A stretch of 36,420 nucleotides of DNA from an uncultured Clostridia bacterium. Lineage in GTDB: Bacteria > Bacillota > Clostridia > Christensenellales > UBA1242. The notes beneath the pieces were generated by a model. The model searched no databases. It saw only the letters and a program-made list of their open reading frames with translations, and had not been told where the DNA came from. Positions within the stretch are counted from its first letter, which is position 1. Every line of letters starts with the position of its first letter. The position numbers and the translations under genes are program-made. Of the stretch, positions 7,091-22,000 are shown piece by piece. The DNA is taken from the NCBI GenBank assembly GCA_944381195.1, contig CALWKH010000002.1, positions 1 to 36,420 of the forward strand, read 5' to 3'.

Positions 7091-10000
7091 GCGGGTCCAC
7101 GAGACGGCATGGCAATTGAAATTTCGTCCGACCAAATAATTGTGGATGAAAACGGAAATCGTCATATCACTCTTACCATTGAGTATGATGAACAAGGAAA
7201 TGTTGTTGCTGACAGCGGTCAAGCAACTCTTTCTGCACGGGTTATAAACGGCGACAGTTCTATTGACAGAACTGTTGAGGCTGTTGAAAGTTCAGAAACA
7301 CAACTTTTTGCCACAACAACTTATGACACAGAGACGCAGACAAACACCGTTACTATTAGGGCGGTGAGTGCCACTGCTGAAAGTGATTCGTCTTTTGTTA
7401 CAATCATGAGCAATGAGGACAACAATGTTTTTGAGCGTGTGTATGTTGAAGTGGTTCAAAAGGCAACCAGCATGGACTATGCTGACAGTCTTGATGTCAC
7501 AACTGATGCAAGTGGTGATGTGATTAACAACCTTGCAGTAATTAAAGATGTTCCTTTTGTCTTTGATACCGACAGTTTGTTTGAGTTTGGGACAGTTGGG
7601 ACAGAGAGTGCGGTTACTCCAAATATCGTTTATCAAATTGATTTAACGGGAGAAATCTATCAAAACGGAGATTCTATCACAATTGGCTCGAATCAAGATG
7701 TGAGTCAAATTACAATCACTGCTTTTGACCAAGATGACACAAGCAATACCGCCTTGCAAAAGACCTTTGTTCTTGATGTTTTAAGCAATGTTAGTGAAGA
7801 TGATGTTGTTATCAACCGAACAGACACCGAAACCTTGCAGGCAGACATTTCAAGTTTGACACTTCTAACTAGCCACACTGTTTCTTATAATAACGCAACC
7901 ATTGAAATTGTGGTTGAACAGAATGATGAATTTGATTACTCCTGTGAGTTTGTTAATTCTTCACAAAAAATTTATCTTGAAGTAAATTCACTTTATCCTG
8001 CGCAAAACAATGTGTTTACTTTGCAGGGGATTATGTCTTTGCCTGATGTGATTGAAGTTAACTTTATTGTTTCTTATGCGGGCATTTTGAACTCGCCAGA
8101 AGTTGTGAAAACTTTGGCAATAAATGTTGTTGACTATCCAACAGAAATTTTGATTAATGACACACCTCAGCAATATAGGCGTCTTACAACACTGCCAGCG
8201 TCGCCAGAAGAATATGTTGGTTATTACATTGCTGTTAATGATGACTATGTTTTGGTAACAGATGACAACTATTCAAGCCTTGGCATTGTTGCGGGATATA
8301 CTGTTTGCTATGCTCTTCAAGACTTTGAACTTGTTGTGTTTGATGCATATGAGGGAGAGGCTAATGGGGAAGAACTTGTTGTTGACCTTGGTAGATTTAC
8401 CATGGGATATGGGGAATACACAATTTCTGTTGATGTTGATAATGCAGACACGCAAACATTGACCTTTGCGCAAAATCTTTTAATCAATGGAGAAGCCATG
8501 CTTGTTGACGACACAACGGGCACCATTGAATATCTTGCTCCAACCTTTACAAGTGGTGACACCCTTGTTATTCGCCTTAAAGAAGGCTTTGTTGGTTCGG
8601 GCAGTTTGTCGCTTATCATAACGCCAACAAGTCAAGCGGACACGGATAATTTGCTTACAAGAAATTTACTTTTGCAATTTACAACTGGAATAACAGATAT
8701 TGTTGTGAGTGAAAATCAACTTTCTGCTGACGGCGAACTTTTGCTTGAAGTAAGTGAGGGGCAAACAGCAAACAGCACCAGAGACATTTCTTTCACCGTT
8801 TTGCCAGATGAGGCTTCAATGGCTGGAGCCTATGGAAGTTATGTTTCTGCATCTTCAAGTGATTCAAGTGTGGTTACGGTGAGTGAAGTTACCACAAATC
8901 AGGGTGTTGGAACCTTTACTGTTACCGCACACTCTGCGGGAGAGGCGGTTATAACACTTACTTCTCAAAACGGAGTTACAGAGGAAATTTATGTTTCAGT
9001 TATTGCAACTCTTAACACCTTTACTTTGAGTGCGGAAGAAGACGGGTCAAGTTCAAACACCACAAGCATAAGTTATAAAGATGACGCGATTGATTCAAGC
9101 AAACAAACAGTGGATACCATTGTGATTGAAGAGGGGAAGGCATTTAACCTTATATATGGAATATATCCATCAAACGCAACAATAACTGATATTTCATATT
9201 TTATTGGCTCTTTGGACGAAAACGGAGCAATTATCAGCACGCAAACGCCAATCAGTGAGTCAGATATCATAAACATTCAAGATTTCCAAAGACAAAATGG
9301 ACATGGAAGCAATGACCCAAACAACCATGGGACAGGTGTTGAATATGTTGTTGCGGTGATAAGTTTTGATGGACTCAGTGATGACGGAACACAAATTGTA
9401 ACCAAACAAATAACACAAACATTTGCTGTTGATGTTTATATTCCAATTAAAAGTTTGACAGCGAATGTGACAAGTTTTGAACTTCTTTCTGGTGGTGTGA
9501 GTGGATATTATAACCAGCAACAACAAGAGCAAGAGGTTGAACTGATTGCTTCGCCAGACGGCACAACGGTTACAACAGCAAGTGCGGTTTGGAGCATGTC
9601 GGCGGGTGCATCGTCATATATCACAGTTGAGGCAATTGACGGGTTCAGTGAGGAAGAAAATGGTGTTATCACAGGCTCAAAAGTTTTGATTAGGGCAAGT
9701 AACCAAATTGTTGGTGGAAGTCGTGAAGTTGAGGTTTATGCAACAATTCAAGACAGGGGTAGAGAACTTTCTTGCACCATAACAGTGACTGTTAATCCGC
9801 AAATTCTTGTTAGCACACTTACAATTGGAAACTATGACGAAACAAACGGTTTTTATTTTGAAGAAACACAAGGATTTTCAAGTCTTGACCAAGATGCCGA
9901 AGGAAATGAACTTGACAGGATTGCAACACTTAACAGCACAAGTCAAGAGGACAGTGCTGTTTCACAGGTTGAGTATCTTAACACCAGAATTCAATATTCT

Positions 10001-13000
10001 GGCAGTCAAATTCCAACAAACAGCAATCTTTCGTATTTCCTGTTTGATGCAACTGTTGACCAAGATGGAAATTGGGCTGTTTCAGACGCAAACAGGCAAT
10101 ACACATCGCACAGCACAAGCGTTTGGCTTGGGTATGATTATGCTCAAAGCAAATATTTTGTGACACCACTTGCTTCGGGATATACGATTTTATATATTGT
10201 TCCACAAGACAAACTTTCAAACGAAGAAAGTATTGTTACATATGAAGAACTTCAGGGTATTTCAAATAAACTTGAAGTTCACATCACAGTGGCAGACGGA
10301 TATACAACATATTACAGGCTTTATGATTCTGAGGATATTCTTGATCTTGCTGGCAACAGCAGTGCATGGGACAAGAACTATTATGTTATGAATGACATTG
10401 AAATTCGTGCAACATCAAATTGGACACCAATCGGGAACAGCACGCAGGCATTCACTGGAACAATCACATCATTTTCTGACACTGCAAGCACCATTTACGG
10501 CTTTAACCTCAATCTTGCCGAGGGCGTGCTTGAAGATGATAACACCTATGGAATTTTTGGGGTATTTAATGGAAGGCTTGAAAATGTTAACATTGATATC
10601 ACTAGTTTGAATATCAATTTCCCTGCTGATTTAACAGAATATTACATTGGAAGTCTTGCAGGGCGAGTTTTATCGGGTGCCGTTATTGAAGATGTTACCA
10701 TTCGAACAAGACAAGTGCAACTTGCTTCAAGTGTTCTTGGAATCTTTGCAAACTTCTATGTTGGGACAATTGGACTTAATGAGTCGGGAAATATCAGTAA
10801 TCTTTCAACTGACTTAACGGGTGTTATTGAAAGCACAAACGCAGAAACAATCAATTTGGTGATGGGTGGTGCGATTGGACTTAACAGAGCCACCTTTGCT
10901 GAGATAAGTGGGCTTGCCATTTCTGCGGAAACAAACATCACGGGTGCATATGAAAATAGTTTTTCTTCTTCCTCAGCCTTTGGTGGCGCAATTGGAAGAA
11001 ATGAAAGTGCAATTTCTCTTGTGTCTGCAAACGGAAGCATAATTTTGGGCGAAAGCACTTTGGCAAACGCACTGGGCGGACTTGTTGGTGTGTCGACAGC
11101 GGACATTTCAAATTCGACATCATCAGTCAGTCTTGCAAATGCAATCAATGTTGGAGGAATTGTTGGTGTTGCAACAGCAATCAACCTTTCAAATGTGACC
11201 TATGAAATCTATTCAACAAGCAGAGATATTGCTCTTTCTTCTGCCTTAACTGACCAAACTCAAAACATCTATGTTGGAGGACTTGCTGGACTTATTAACG
11301 GAAGCGCAAGCATTGCATATTCATATGTTATCTCTTTTGACAGCGACAAGGTTATTTCAAGCAGTCAAAATCTTGGTGGCTTGGTTGGAGGAAGTGCTGG
11401 CTCTCTTAACATAAATAATTCATTTTTCAGTGCAAACATTGATGCTCAAACGGCAAGAAATGTTGGTGGACTTGTTGGAACTGCGAGCATTGGCGCAACA
11501 ATTTCAAACACCTTTGTGACTGGAACAATCACAGGTGCAACAACATCAAATGCTGGGCTGTTTGTTGGAACGGTGGGTGCAAATTCTGGAATTACAACTT
11601 CATATAGTGCAATGACCGCAAACATTCAACTTGGTGGAGTGATAAGCGGAAATGTTACATATCGAAACACCATTATTATGCGCTATGGGGCTAATTGGAA
11701 CGAAGTCAGCATTTCTGGAATAACCTATCTTAACAGCACACAGATGTCCACGCAAAGCAACTTCACTGGATTTGACTTCACAAGCACTTGGGCAATTGCA
11801 GATTCTGCAACAAACAGCGGTCACCCAATTTTGTTAAATACTGACGGAAGTTACCTCTATCCAAACATCATAACATCTATTGTTGCAACGGCAAATTCTG
11901 GGCTTGAAAGTTCAAACATATTTAACACTTCTTCAAGCACACAAGTAATCATTGTTCTAAGCGATTTAGCGAACAATCAAATTAGACTTGCAGACATTTT
12001 CAGTTTTCTTGTTTCACCACAGCAAGACATCAGCACAGTGAGAGTGTCAGTATCTGCTGGAACATCAAGCAACGCAATATCAATTTTTGGTGGTTCAATG
12101 CTTGGAAACATCTATATTGAAGTTTTGGGCGTTGGTGTTACAAGTTTGACCATTTCGTCATCAACATCTTCTGCAAGATGTGTGGTTGAAATTGCTGTTG
12201 TTAACGGTTTTGATGATGTATATCTTTATGAAAGCATTGACAAAAAGCAAGAGGCAGATGCTGCAGATGATGAAGATGTGCAAGAAACATTTAACATCAC
12301 GGCGGGTTCAAGTGTTAACATTTTGACTGGCACAACAGAAGAATGGTATGCAGATTTTATTGACGCAAACGGTGACAGTTTGAACGGCAACAATGTTGGT
12401 GGTGGAATGATGTTCCTTTTGGAAGAGGGCTATATTACCATTGGCGATGACGATTTTTCTGAAAGAACATATTCTATTGAGCAAATTTTGAACATTTCAC
12501 TCGCTTTTTCTGGCGATGAACAAACAGTGTTTAGAATTCTCTCTGGTGACAATAACGCAACTGTGACCGAAAGCGCTGGAACATATACCTTTAACGCATT
12601 TGACTCATTCTGGGGTGAAATCGACGCAAACGGCGACTTTACCGCTGGAACGGTCACTGGCGAAAGAACGGTTACAAGAAGTCAAATTATAAGTGCTATG
12701 ACAAGAACGGTGCTTGGTTCGTCAAGTGGACTTATGGATAACGGACTTAACGAAATGAATGCAACAGAACTTGAGGAGCGTGCAAACAGTCTGCTTGATG
12801 TGTTTGCAAGATTTTTTGCAAATTCAAGCGTCTTCACTCAAACAATTGACGAACAAATGCACATTGTATTCTGTGTTGACAACAAGCCATATTTCACAGT
12901 TTCTCAAAGAGAAGGAACAAGCACTAGATTTGTGGTTGTGACAAAGGTGTTTATGAGTGTGGAAAACGACAGTTACATCTCGGTAAGTGGAACAAACAGA

Positions 13001-16000
13001 CATGAACAACTTGAAGTTACTTTGATTCCATATTATGTTGGTGTTTTCAGTGAAGTAAACTATTCATTATTATTTAACAAGAGTTTGACATTCTTTGTTG
13101 TGTGCTATGACGGAATTGAAAATGTTACAACAAATGTTGGTGGAACAGAGGAGAATCCAACCGAGATTGAACTTTCTCAAAACCTTTCATTTACCGTTAC
13201 CATGCAAAGCGACTCGCCATATGACGAGCAGGCAGGTTCACTTATCACAATAACCGACATCGACACGGGCGAAATTGTGGCGCAGAAAAACATTCTTGAT
13301 GACCTTTCAAGTGAGCTTATGGTTATGAACGGCTATGTGTTTGATGTTGACAATCTCACAGCAAGTGACGGAGTTATAACCGAGCAAGTGCTTTTTGGAA
13401 TTGATGACAACTTTAAACAACAATATAAGACTGCAAAGACCTTTGAAATCACTGTGGTGAACAAAATGTTTGTTGAAAACGGCAAGCAGATTGAAAGAAC
13501 TTTCTATGTGAAAATTAACACACAAAGCGTTCAATCAATTGATATTTTGCACTATGCCGATGCAGAACTTGAAGGCGAAAGTCAAACCACACCTGGAAAC
13601 TATTTAACAAACGCTGGTGCAGAGCCAACAAACACCATTATGGCGGGAGAATATGGACTTTTGAGAATTAATGTTTTCCCAAATTATGCAGACTTTGACC
13701 AAATTACAATAACATCTAATGTTGTTGAAAATGATGTGGTATCTTTTGTTCAACGAGTTGCCGAAACAATCAGTGTTAATGGTGCAAACCAAACAAGATA
13801 TTATTACTATGAAGACGGTGTTACATACATTGAAAATGGAATCATTGTGGCACCAGTCTCAAACAGAGATTTAACCTTTGATGGAAACATCTATCTTCAG
13901 ACCTTGATTGCAAAACAAACGACATCAGCCGCAGGTTTTATCATCACAGTTACCATTTCAAAAGATGGTATGCCAGATATTGTTCAAGAATTTAATCTGG
14001 CAGTTGACGCAACGGCAAATCTTATTATCTCTTATGATGCAACATTAAACCCAGAAAGCATTGAACCAGAGGCCTATATTGCTGTTGGAACAGGTGGAAG
14101 TGGCGAGACATATGCTTCAAACAGAAATGAGTTCACAATTACGCAAGTTGGAGTGTTTGATGTTGCTCCAAGTGTGAGCATCATTGATGATGAGACAGGT
14201 GGTAATGTTCAAATTGAAAATGTTGACGGAAGATATTATATTGTTGTTGGTAATGCAGACATTGTTGGGAGACATTTTACCGTTTCTGTTTCTGCGGTGA
14301 AATATGTCAATGGCTATCGAAGAACAATTTCTCGTGCAATGAACTTCACAATTGTTGACTATGTTCTTAAAGACGGCTCTATTGTTATTGATGAGGCACC
14401 AAACAATTCATTCAGTGAGCCTTTTGCTGACAACGCAAACTATAAGCTTACAATCAGAATCGACACCACAAAGATAAACGCAAACACTGCAATTTCTGGT
14501 GTTCAAACAAGAATCAATGCATTGCAAGAAGACTTTAATGACGGAACAATTAACCCTTGGTCTTTGCTTGATTCAAGTGGCAACTTGATTTCAATTGAGC
14601 AGGGTGGCACTTTGGGTGCAAGTTATTACTATGCAGTGACAAACGAACTTTCTGACCCTGTTTATGCTGCTGGAACAGCACCAACGGGGGAACAATTAAG
14701 CGAATATACCGTTATAAACAATGCATTCTATTTGCGCCTTGTTGTTGGCTCGGTTAACCTTGATGACAACGGTTGGTATATCTGTCCAGTTAGACAAAGC
14801 AGTGGCAACAGCATTGTTTTGAATGCTTTTAGTTTCCTATATACTGACAGTGGACTTTTGACAAATGAATTGCCAAGTGATGCGTCAACCTATTTCACAG
14901 TGCCATATCAAAACATTTCAATATCATTTATTCAACTTTCATCAACAGAAGAACCAATTCCAATTAACACCCTTAATGAACTTCTTTCAATGGAAGAGGG
15001 GGAACACTGTCGTTTGATGCAAGACATTGATGCGTCAGGAATATTGTGGACTCCTCTTAATGTTGCAATTTCAAGCCTTGACGGAAACGGACATACCATA
15101 ACAATTGGTCGTTTTGCAACTCTCACTGGAACAGAAACTTTACCAGCAAACTATGGACTTTTTGGAACGGTGAGTGAAAACACTTTGCTTAAAAACATAA
15201 CAGTTAAATATTCTGTTACTACTGAAGACGACGGATTAGACCAAACGGAAAGCACACATCTTAACTTTGGTGGAATTGCGGGAATCAATAACGGAATCAT
15301 TGTTAACTGTGAGGTTAACAGCATAAACAATCTTAACGCTGTAATCACAATCTCATCTCTGCCACTTGAAACAAATGTGTTTAATGTTGGTGGACTTGTT
15401 GGTAAAAACAACGGAGACATCTCTAACAGCCGTGTGGAGAAAATCAGCCTGACTGCTCGTGGAACGGTTGCTGGTTTTGCTGCGGTGAACAATGGTGCCA
15501 TTGCATCAAGTTATGCTGACAATTCAATCATCACAAACACCTCAACAACAAACACTGTTGGAGCAACTGCTGGCTTTGTTGGATATAACAATGCAAATGC
15601 TAGCATTACAACAAGTTATGCTGGCGGAACATATGCAACTCTTTCCACAAATGAAGACGGTGTGAGCAGCTTGAATGTTGATACAAGTGTTGGACTTAAC
15701 GGAAGAACGCAACAAATTGTTGCATCGGTTAACACTGGTGGTTTCCTATATTCAAACGCAGGAAGTGTTACGGACTGCTTTGCTGGTGTTGCACTTTCGG
15801 TTGAAGCGCAAGGTTCATCTTCGGGTGGATTTATGTATGAAAACCTTACTGGTGGAACGGTGACAAGAAGTTATTCTGTTTCATCTTCACCACAAAACAA
15901 CTATGCGCACACACCTTTTGTTGCTCCAAATTCAACTTACAGCGCTCTTAATACTGCTGAAGATGACGCTTTTGAAGATTGTTTCTATTATAACTCTGGA

Positions 16001-19000
16001 TATGGTCAAAATGGAATCAGTCTCACCGAGGCTTTGGGAATAGAGAGACGGACAATTGAGCAGTTTGTCAATGACAATAACGATTCAATTGGAGTGTGGG
16101 ATGCATACAGCATTTCAAGATATTCTTCTGGCGACAGAACTTCTGGGGAAGAATTTACAAGCGTTTGGACATTTTTAAACAGTAACAATGTTTATTTCAA
16201 CTATAACAACTTTAAAGCAAGCACTCAAGCACAAGGCACAACATCAAGACTTTTGGGACCAAGGCTTGTTTCTGCTGACATGATTGCAGTCGAAAGTTGG
16301 GACTTGGTTGGATATGACTTTGACCAAAAAGCATATGTTTATACTCGTGGAGATGTTAGCATTAATGGAACCAACCATGCTGTGACCGACCATTTGACAA
16401 TTGTTAATAATGACATCATTGTCAGCCCACACATCATCACAAGTGCAGAAGACCTTTATGATGCAATGACAGCAGATGCAGATACTCAAAATGATAACGG
16501 CATCATTGATGATTGGTATCGTTTGGCAGCGGACATTGATTTGACTGAACTTGTGGCTTTGGGATATGATATGACAACCATAAACACAGCAACCTTTGCT
16601 GGAAACTTTGAGGGAAATGGCTTTGAAATTTCTGGCATTGATATCTCGGTTAGAACGGGGGAGAGTGCGGGACTTTTTGCAACCATTGATTCACTTAACA
16701 GCAGCACAAATAACTATGCCAGTGTGCAGAACCTTAGTCTTGTTGTGCAAGAACTTGCAGCATCAAGCGTGTCAAAAGTTGGCGCTCTTGCTGGAACAAT
16801 CAACAATGCTGTTCTTGGAAACATTAGCGTCAGTCCAGACTCTAACACTGTTACCATTGTTGGATATAACTTTGTTGGAGGAGTTGCTGGAAAAATTATG
16901 GGAACAAGCAGGGCAAGCAATTTAACAAGTTCAATTTCTGTTACCGCAGTTTTTGGAAACTCGGCAACAAACAGCCTTGTTTATAACGAAGATTTGATGC
17001 GTTTTTATGGTTTGGAAGAAGAAGGATATAATAATGACGAAAATATTTTGTCATATGCTGGTGGAATTTTTGGTGTGGTTGACTTAACACCAATCATTGA
17101 AGATAACTTTATCATTTCAACCGATGAATATGAAGAGTCAAGACTTGCAAACCTGACGGTAACTGGTGAAAGCAAGATTTCTGGAACTACAGTCGGCGGT
17201 GTGATTGGTCTTCTTGGAACATCATCACATGTTACCAACATCAAAAAACTTGCAGAAAATGGCAGTGAACTTAAAGGAAGTAGATATGTTGGTGGAATTA
17301 TTGGTGAGAATCATGGATACATCAACTTTGCACAACTTCTTTATACCGAAGAGGTGCAAGATAGAATTAACTCATCACAATATGTTGGTTCTATTGATAC
17401 CGAAGCAGACTTTGACCTTTTTGTTGGAACAAGCAAAGCAATTGGTGGACTTATTGGAATCAACTTTGGTTTCACAAGTGATATGCAAAGCGGAGTTGTG
17501 GACAACAGTCAAAACAGAGTGGCAGTTAAAAACAGCAACGCTCAAATTGCTGGTGGACTTATTGGTATTTCTGTTGGTGGGGAAATCACAGCATGTTTTG
17601 CTACGGCAAGTGTTCGAAGTGCAACAACTGGAATAACTGGTGGAGCATTTGGTGTGATTGGTGGTGTTGAGAATTTCAGCAGTGATGTTCAAGACCCATT
17701 TGAAGCAATTTCAAACAAAACAGCCTATGAAGGAATGCAATATTCATCTCGTTTTACCATTGTTTCTGACATAGTTGCTCTTAACAACTGGTCATACAGC
17801 GACTATAATATTTTGCTTAACATTCAAGAAAATGGATATCTTGGTGGCTTTGTTGGTGTGATTTACAGTGAAAGAATCAGTGAAGCTCACACAAGCATGA
17901 CAAATGAAGAATATGAAGAGTTGGTAGCCGAAGGTGTGGGAATTTCGGCTAGCAAAGAGGATAATTTTTATGTAAGTACAATCTATAATTCTCAACCACA
18001 AAAAACATCAAACACATCAGATGGAGCAGTTATTTCGGCTATTGGTGGTAGAAGTTCTTCAACAGATTTAAGTGATGTTGCAACAGGACTGACAAGATAT
18101 GAGATGTGGACATACAGTTATGAAAACAACAGCGGAAATGAAGATGTTAATACTCAGGTTGACAGAATGTTTGAAAACTGGCCTGTTTATGACTATGGAG
18201 TATTGATGGATGAAGAAAGTGAAACATTTAAGATTATAAATTATGATAGTTATGGTGTTCCGTTCTATAATCCACAGCAAAACCCAAACAGAATTGAAAT
18301 TTGGACAGTTGAAGATTTCTTGGATATGGAAGACCTTTTAGATGCAAATTATGTTTTAATGGCAGACCTTGATTTCACTGGTGTTGACTATACTCCAATT
18401 GGAACCTCGTCAAGACCATTCACTGGAACATTCACTGGAACACATTATGATGAAGCGACTAATACAAACATAACTCATGTTTTATATAATATTACAATGA
18501 CCACTGATCTAACATATAATACACCAGCGGTTGGAATTTTCGGCTATACATCAGGCGCAACCATTCAAGATGTTGTGATAAATAACATCAACTTCTCATG
18601 GGTGCCTTCGGTGTTCAACTCAACTGCTGCAGCAGGCTTTTTGATTGGTATTGCAGAGGACACAGAGGTTTTAAATGTTCAAATTGTGGAAGATCACAGC
18701 CGTGTTGATGCAACCATAACAGACAATTCATTTAGCATGAATGGAGTAACATACACCATTTCTGGAAACAGCATTTCAGGAAGTGATGGTTCAAGGGCAA
18801 CCATAACAGAAAACTCTTTCACACTTAATAATAAGCACTATCGCCTTGACACAGCAAGAAATGAAATCAGTCAAGTTTGGACAGGTGAAAATGTTTTGCG
18901 TTCAAGCGCAAACGCTGTTGGTGGTTTGATTGGAAATTACAGCCTTAAAAGACAAAGCAGTGCAAACTTGCAAAACAGTTTCATTGAGGCAGATATTGAA

Positions 19001-22000
19001 CTTTCACAGGTAACAGACCAGCGTATTCCAATTGATTATCAAGGTGGAAGTGGCCAATTCATTATTGCTGGATCCACATATACCATTGACTCACAAAATA
19101 ATGTTAGTGATTCAAGTGGATTTAGAATTGGAAATGCTTCTTCACCACTTAGAATTGGTGAATATATTTGTGTTAAAGAAAGCGGAGAAAACTATATGCT
19201 TGTTTCAGCGGCAAGTTTGCCAGAATCTTCTGCTGGTGGATTTATTGGATATGTTGAAACAAACACAAACAATGTTTTAAGCATAATTGGTTCTTATTTC
19301 CAAGGTAACATAACATCCTATCGTGATTCACAACTTAACCTTGGTGGTTTTGCAGGAAAGACTGCAAATACAACATATAATGAAAACTTTGTTGATGCAA
19401 CAATTAACATAAGTTATATTTCCAACCTTCTTTCTGCGGGTGGTTTTGCTGGAACGCTTATCAATTCAAATGTGAACAATGCAACAGCACATGGTGACTT
19501 TAACATAACGGTTGATTCTAACACAATGGATATCTATATTGGTGGTTTTGTGGGCAGAGCGACTGGAAGAATTACAAATGCTGTGACATATGAAAACATT
19601 AACTTTAATACCACTCAAAATTGGACAGCCACAGCAAGTGGAACAGACACTCAAATGGTTGCAGGCTTTGCGGGAAGTTTTGGAACAAACATGGATTCCA
19701 TTGAACTTATTAACATTGCTTCTCTCAGCACAATCAAAAATAACACACTTATGATTAACACTGACGGATTTAGTTTTGAAACACCAACCATAAGTGATGT
19801 AAACGGAACTTTTGCAACAAATGTTTATTTTGATGAATATCTTGCGTTGGCGGGAGACATCAACAATTTCAGCAGACAAAGTTGGGACTTCATTTTGGGC
19901 AATGGTGAGGTTGTCTATAACTATGTTGATGCATCAGATGCTTTCTCTGTTTTGAGCATTGGCAATAACAAATATCCGCGCGTTAACACAAACACAGGGC
20001 TTGTTACTGCACGCTATCAAGAAAAGTTTGATTCAATCTTTACAAACGCTCTTTCTGGAAGCAAGATTAACCCAATTCAAGTTTCTTCGGTAGATGACTT
20101 TAATTCTATGACAGGAGTTGTTGGAAACTGGTATATTCAATCAAACAACCTAAGTAATATTCCATTACATCAAACAAAAACGATGTTGGGCTTCTATAAC
20201 GGTGCAGGCTATACAATCACAGCGCAAAGATATGATTATATCTATGGAAGTGAGCAAAGCCTTATTGACATGGGTGTGTTTACCACAGTTGGTGATAAGG
20301 GTGTTATAAGTGGCGTAAATGTTGACTCAGTTATCTATCTTGGACTTCTTGCAACCGATGAGGGCAGAACAAATATTGGCTTTATTGCATCTGTTGTCAA
20401 TGAGGGCGGAATTGTGTTTGGAAGTGCATCTACAGGTCAAATCACCATTGTGTCAAGTCAGCAGACATCAAACATTATTGGTGGTTTGGTTGCGGTTAAT
20501 GACGGTCAAGTGTTCTCTTGTGCATCTAGCGTTGATATAACAGTTAACACAACAGGAACTGGGGAATATTTTGCTGTTGGAGGAATGGCTGGATATACCG
20601 AGGGTGGACACTCATATTATTCATATAGAGATTCATATTACAGTGGTTCAATCATTAACAACATCACATCAAGCAGTCAAGCGCTTGTTGGTGGAATAAC
20701 GGGAATGGTGGTTGGAGCAACAAGCACCACAGTTCAGGGTGCAAGTCTTTCAACATTTTTCATGCGCAACACCTATTCAGCAGCAAGTATCACGGGTAAC
20801 GGTGGAATGCTTGTTGGAGACATCATGGCAACACAAGAGTTTGTTGTGAATGTTTATTATGTTGACAAGATTAAAAACCCAGTTCAAGCAAAAACAATTG
20901 CAAATTTTGGAATTGGTTTCAATATAACAAATCAAAGAAATAACACACAAAACATCACAAGTGGCTTTGAATACAGCACAGGCTCATATTCAACGCCGAT
21001 GACCGAGGGGCTTTGGTCAAACACTGTTAACTTTAACTTTGGTTTGCCACATTTAAGAACAGAAACAAACTTGGTTGACACAGGAATTGGAACACCAGAA
21101 AAACCATATCTTCTTAACAGTGAAGGACAACTTGCTTGGGCTCTTAACAATGGTGGAACTGCAAATGTTAACTATTATTCTTTGACAAGAAATCTTGACT
21201 ATGGAATTTTGACAAACATTGACAGTTTGATTACCTCGGTTACCTTTAATGGCTATTTGCTTGGAAATGGATATTACATTTCAAACAGCACTGGCGTTTT
21301 GGTTGGTGCAAACAGAGGAGCAATCACTCAGGTTGGTTTTGACGGAACAATCACAGCAAGTGTTTTGGTAACAAACAATAACAGTGGAGTTGTTTCGGAA
21401 ATCTATACCACAAGAAGTGGAGACTCTGGCATTATTGCTTCTGGCACGGGAAGTGTTGTTGACTGTTTGACATATAACTATGCAATAGATAAAAATGGTG
21501 TTGCACGCACAAAAACTTCGGTGCAATATGCAACAACGCTTAATGATGAAAACTTTGACTATATTTCAACTTGGGTATTACAACCAACATCATCAAGTGC
21601 AACGGCAGCACTGACAACAGGTATGCAAAATCTTCGTGTGTTTGTTAACAGTTTGGAAAATGTTGACATCACAGGCATAACAGGAACTGCTGATGACACA
21701 CTTACACAAAACGCAGAAGGCTTTAATGAATATACATTACACATAACAACCAAAGAACAATATGCCGCAATTTTGCAATATATTATTAGAAGCGGTATGA
21801 ACGGCGAAAGTTATATCATAAATCTTGAAGCAGATTTGGATATAACAGGTCTTAAAATGGGTGATCTTGGAGACGGAAAAGACATTACTATTAGCATAAA
21901 TGGAAATAACCACACAATCTATAATGTGATTCTTGATAACAACGCATCAAGTTCATATGCTGGAATCATTGGTGAGTGGTATAGTGGAACAATTAGCGAT

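Noticed and set aside
16421-16434. 14-nt exact match (gtcagcccacacat) between the giant gene and repeat copy E (27452-27465).
   Set aside because: There is no partner arm or other element features at the genic site. Given about 500 nt of repeat sequence compared with both strands of the window, one 14-mer match is not very surprising (rough expectation about 0.1).
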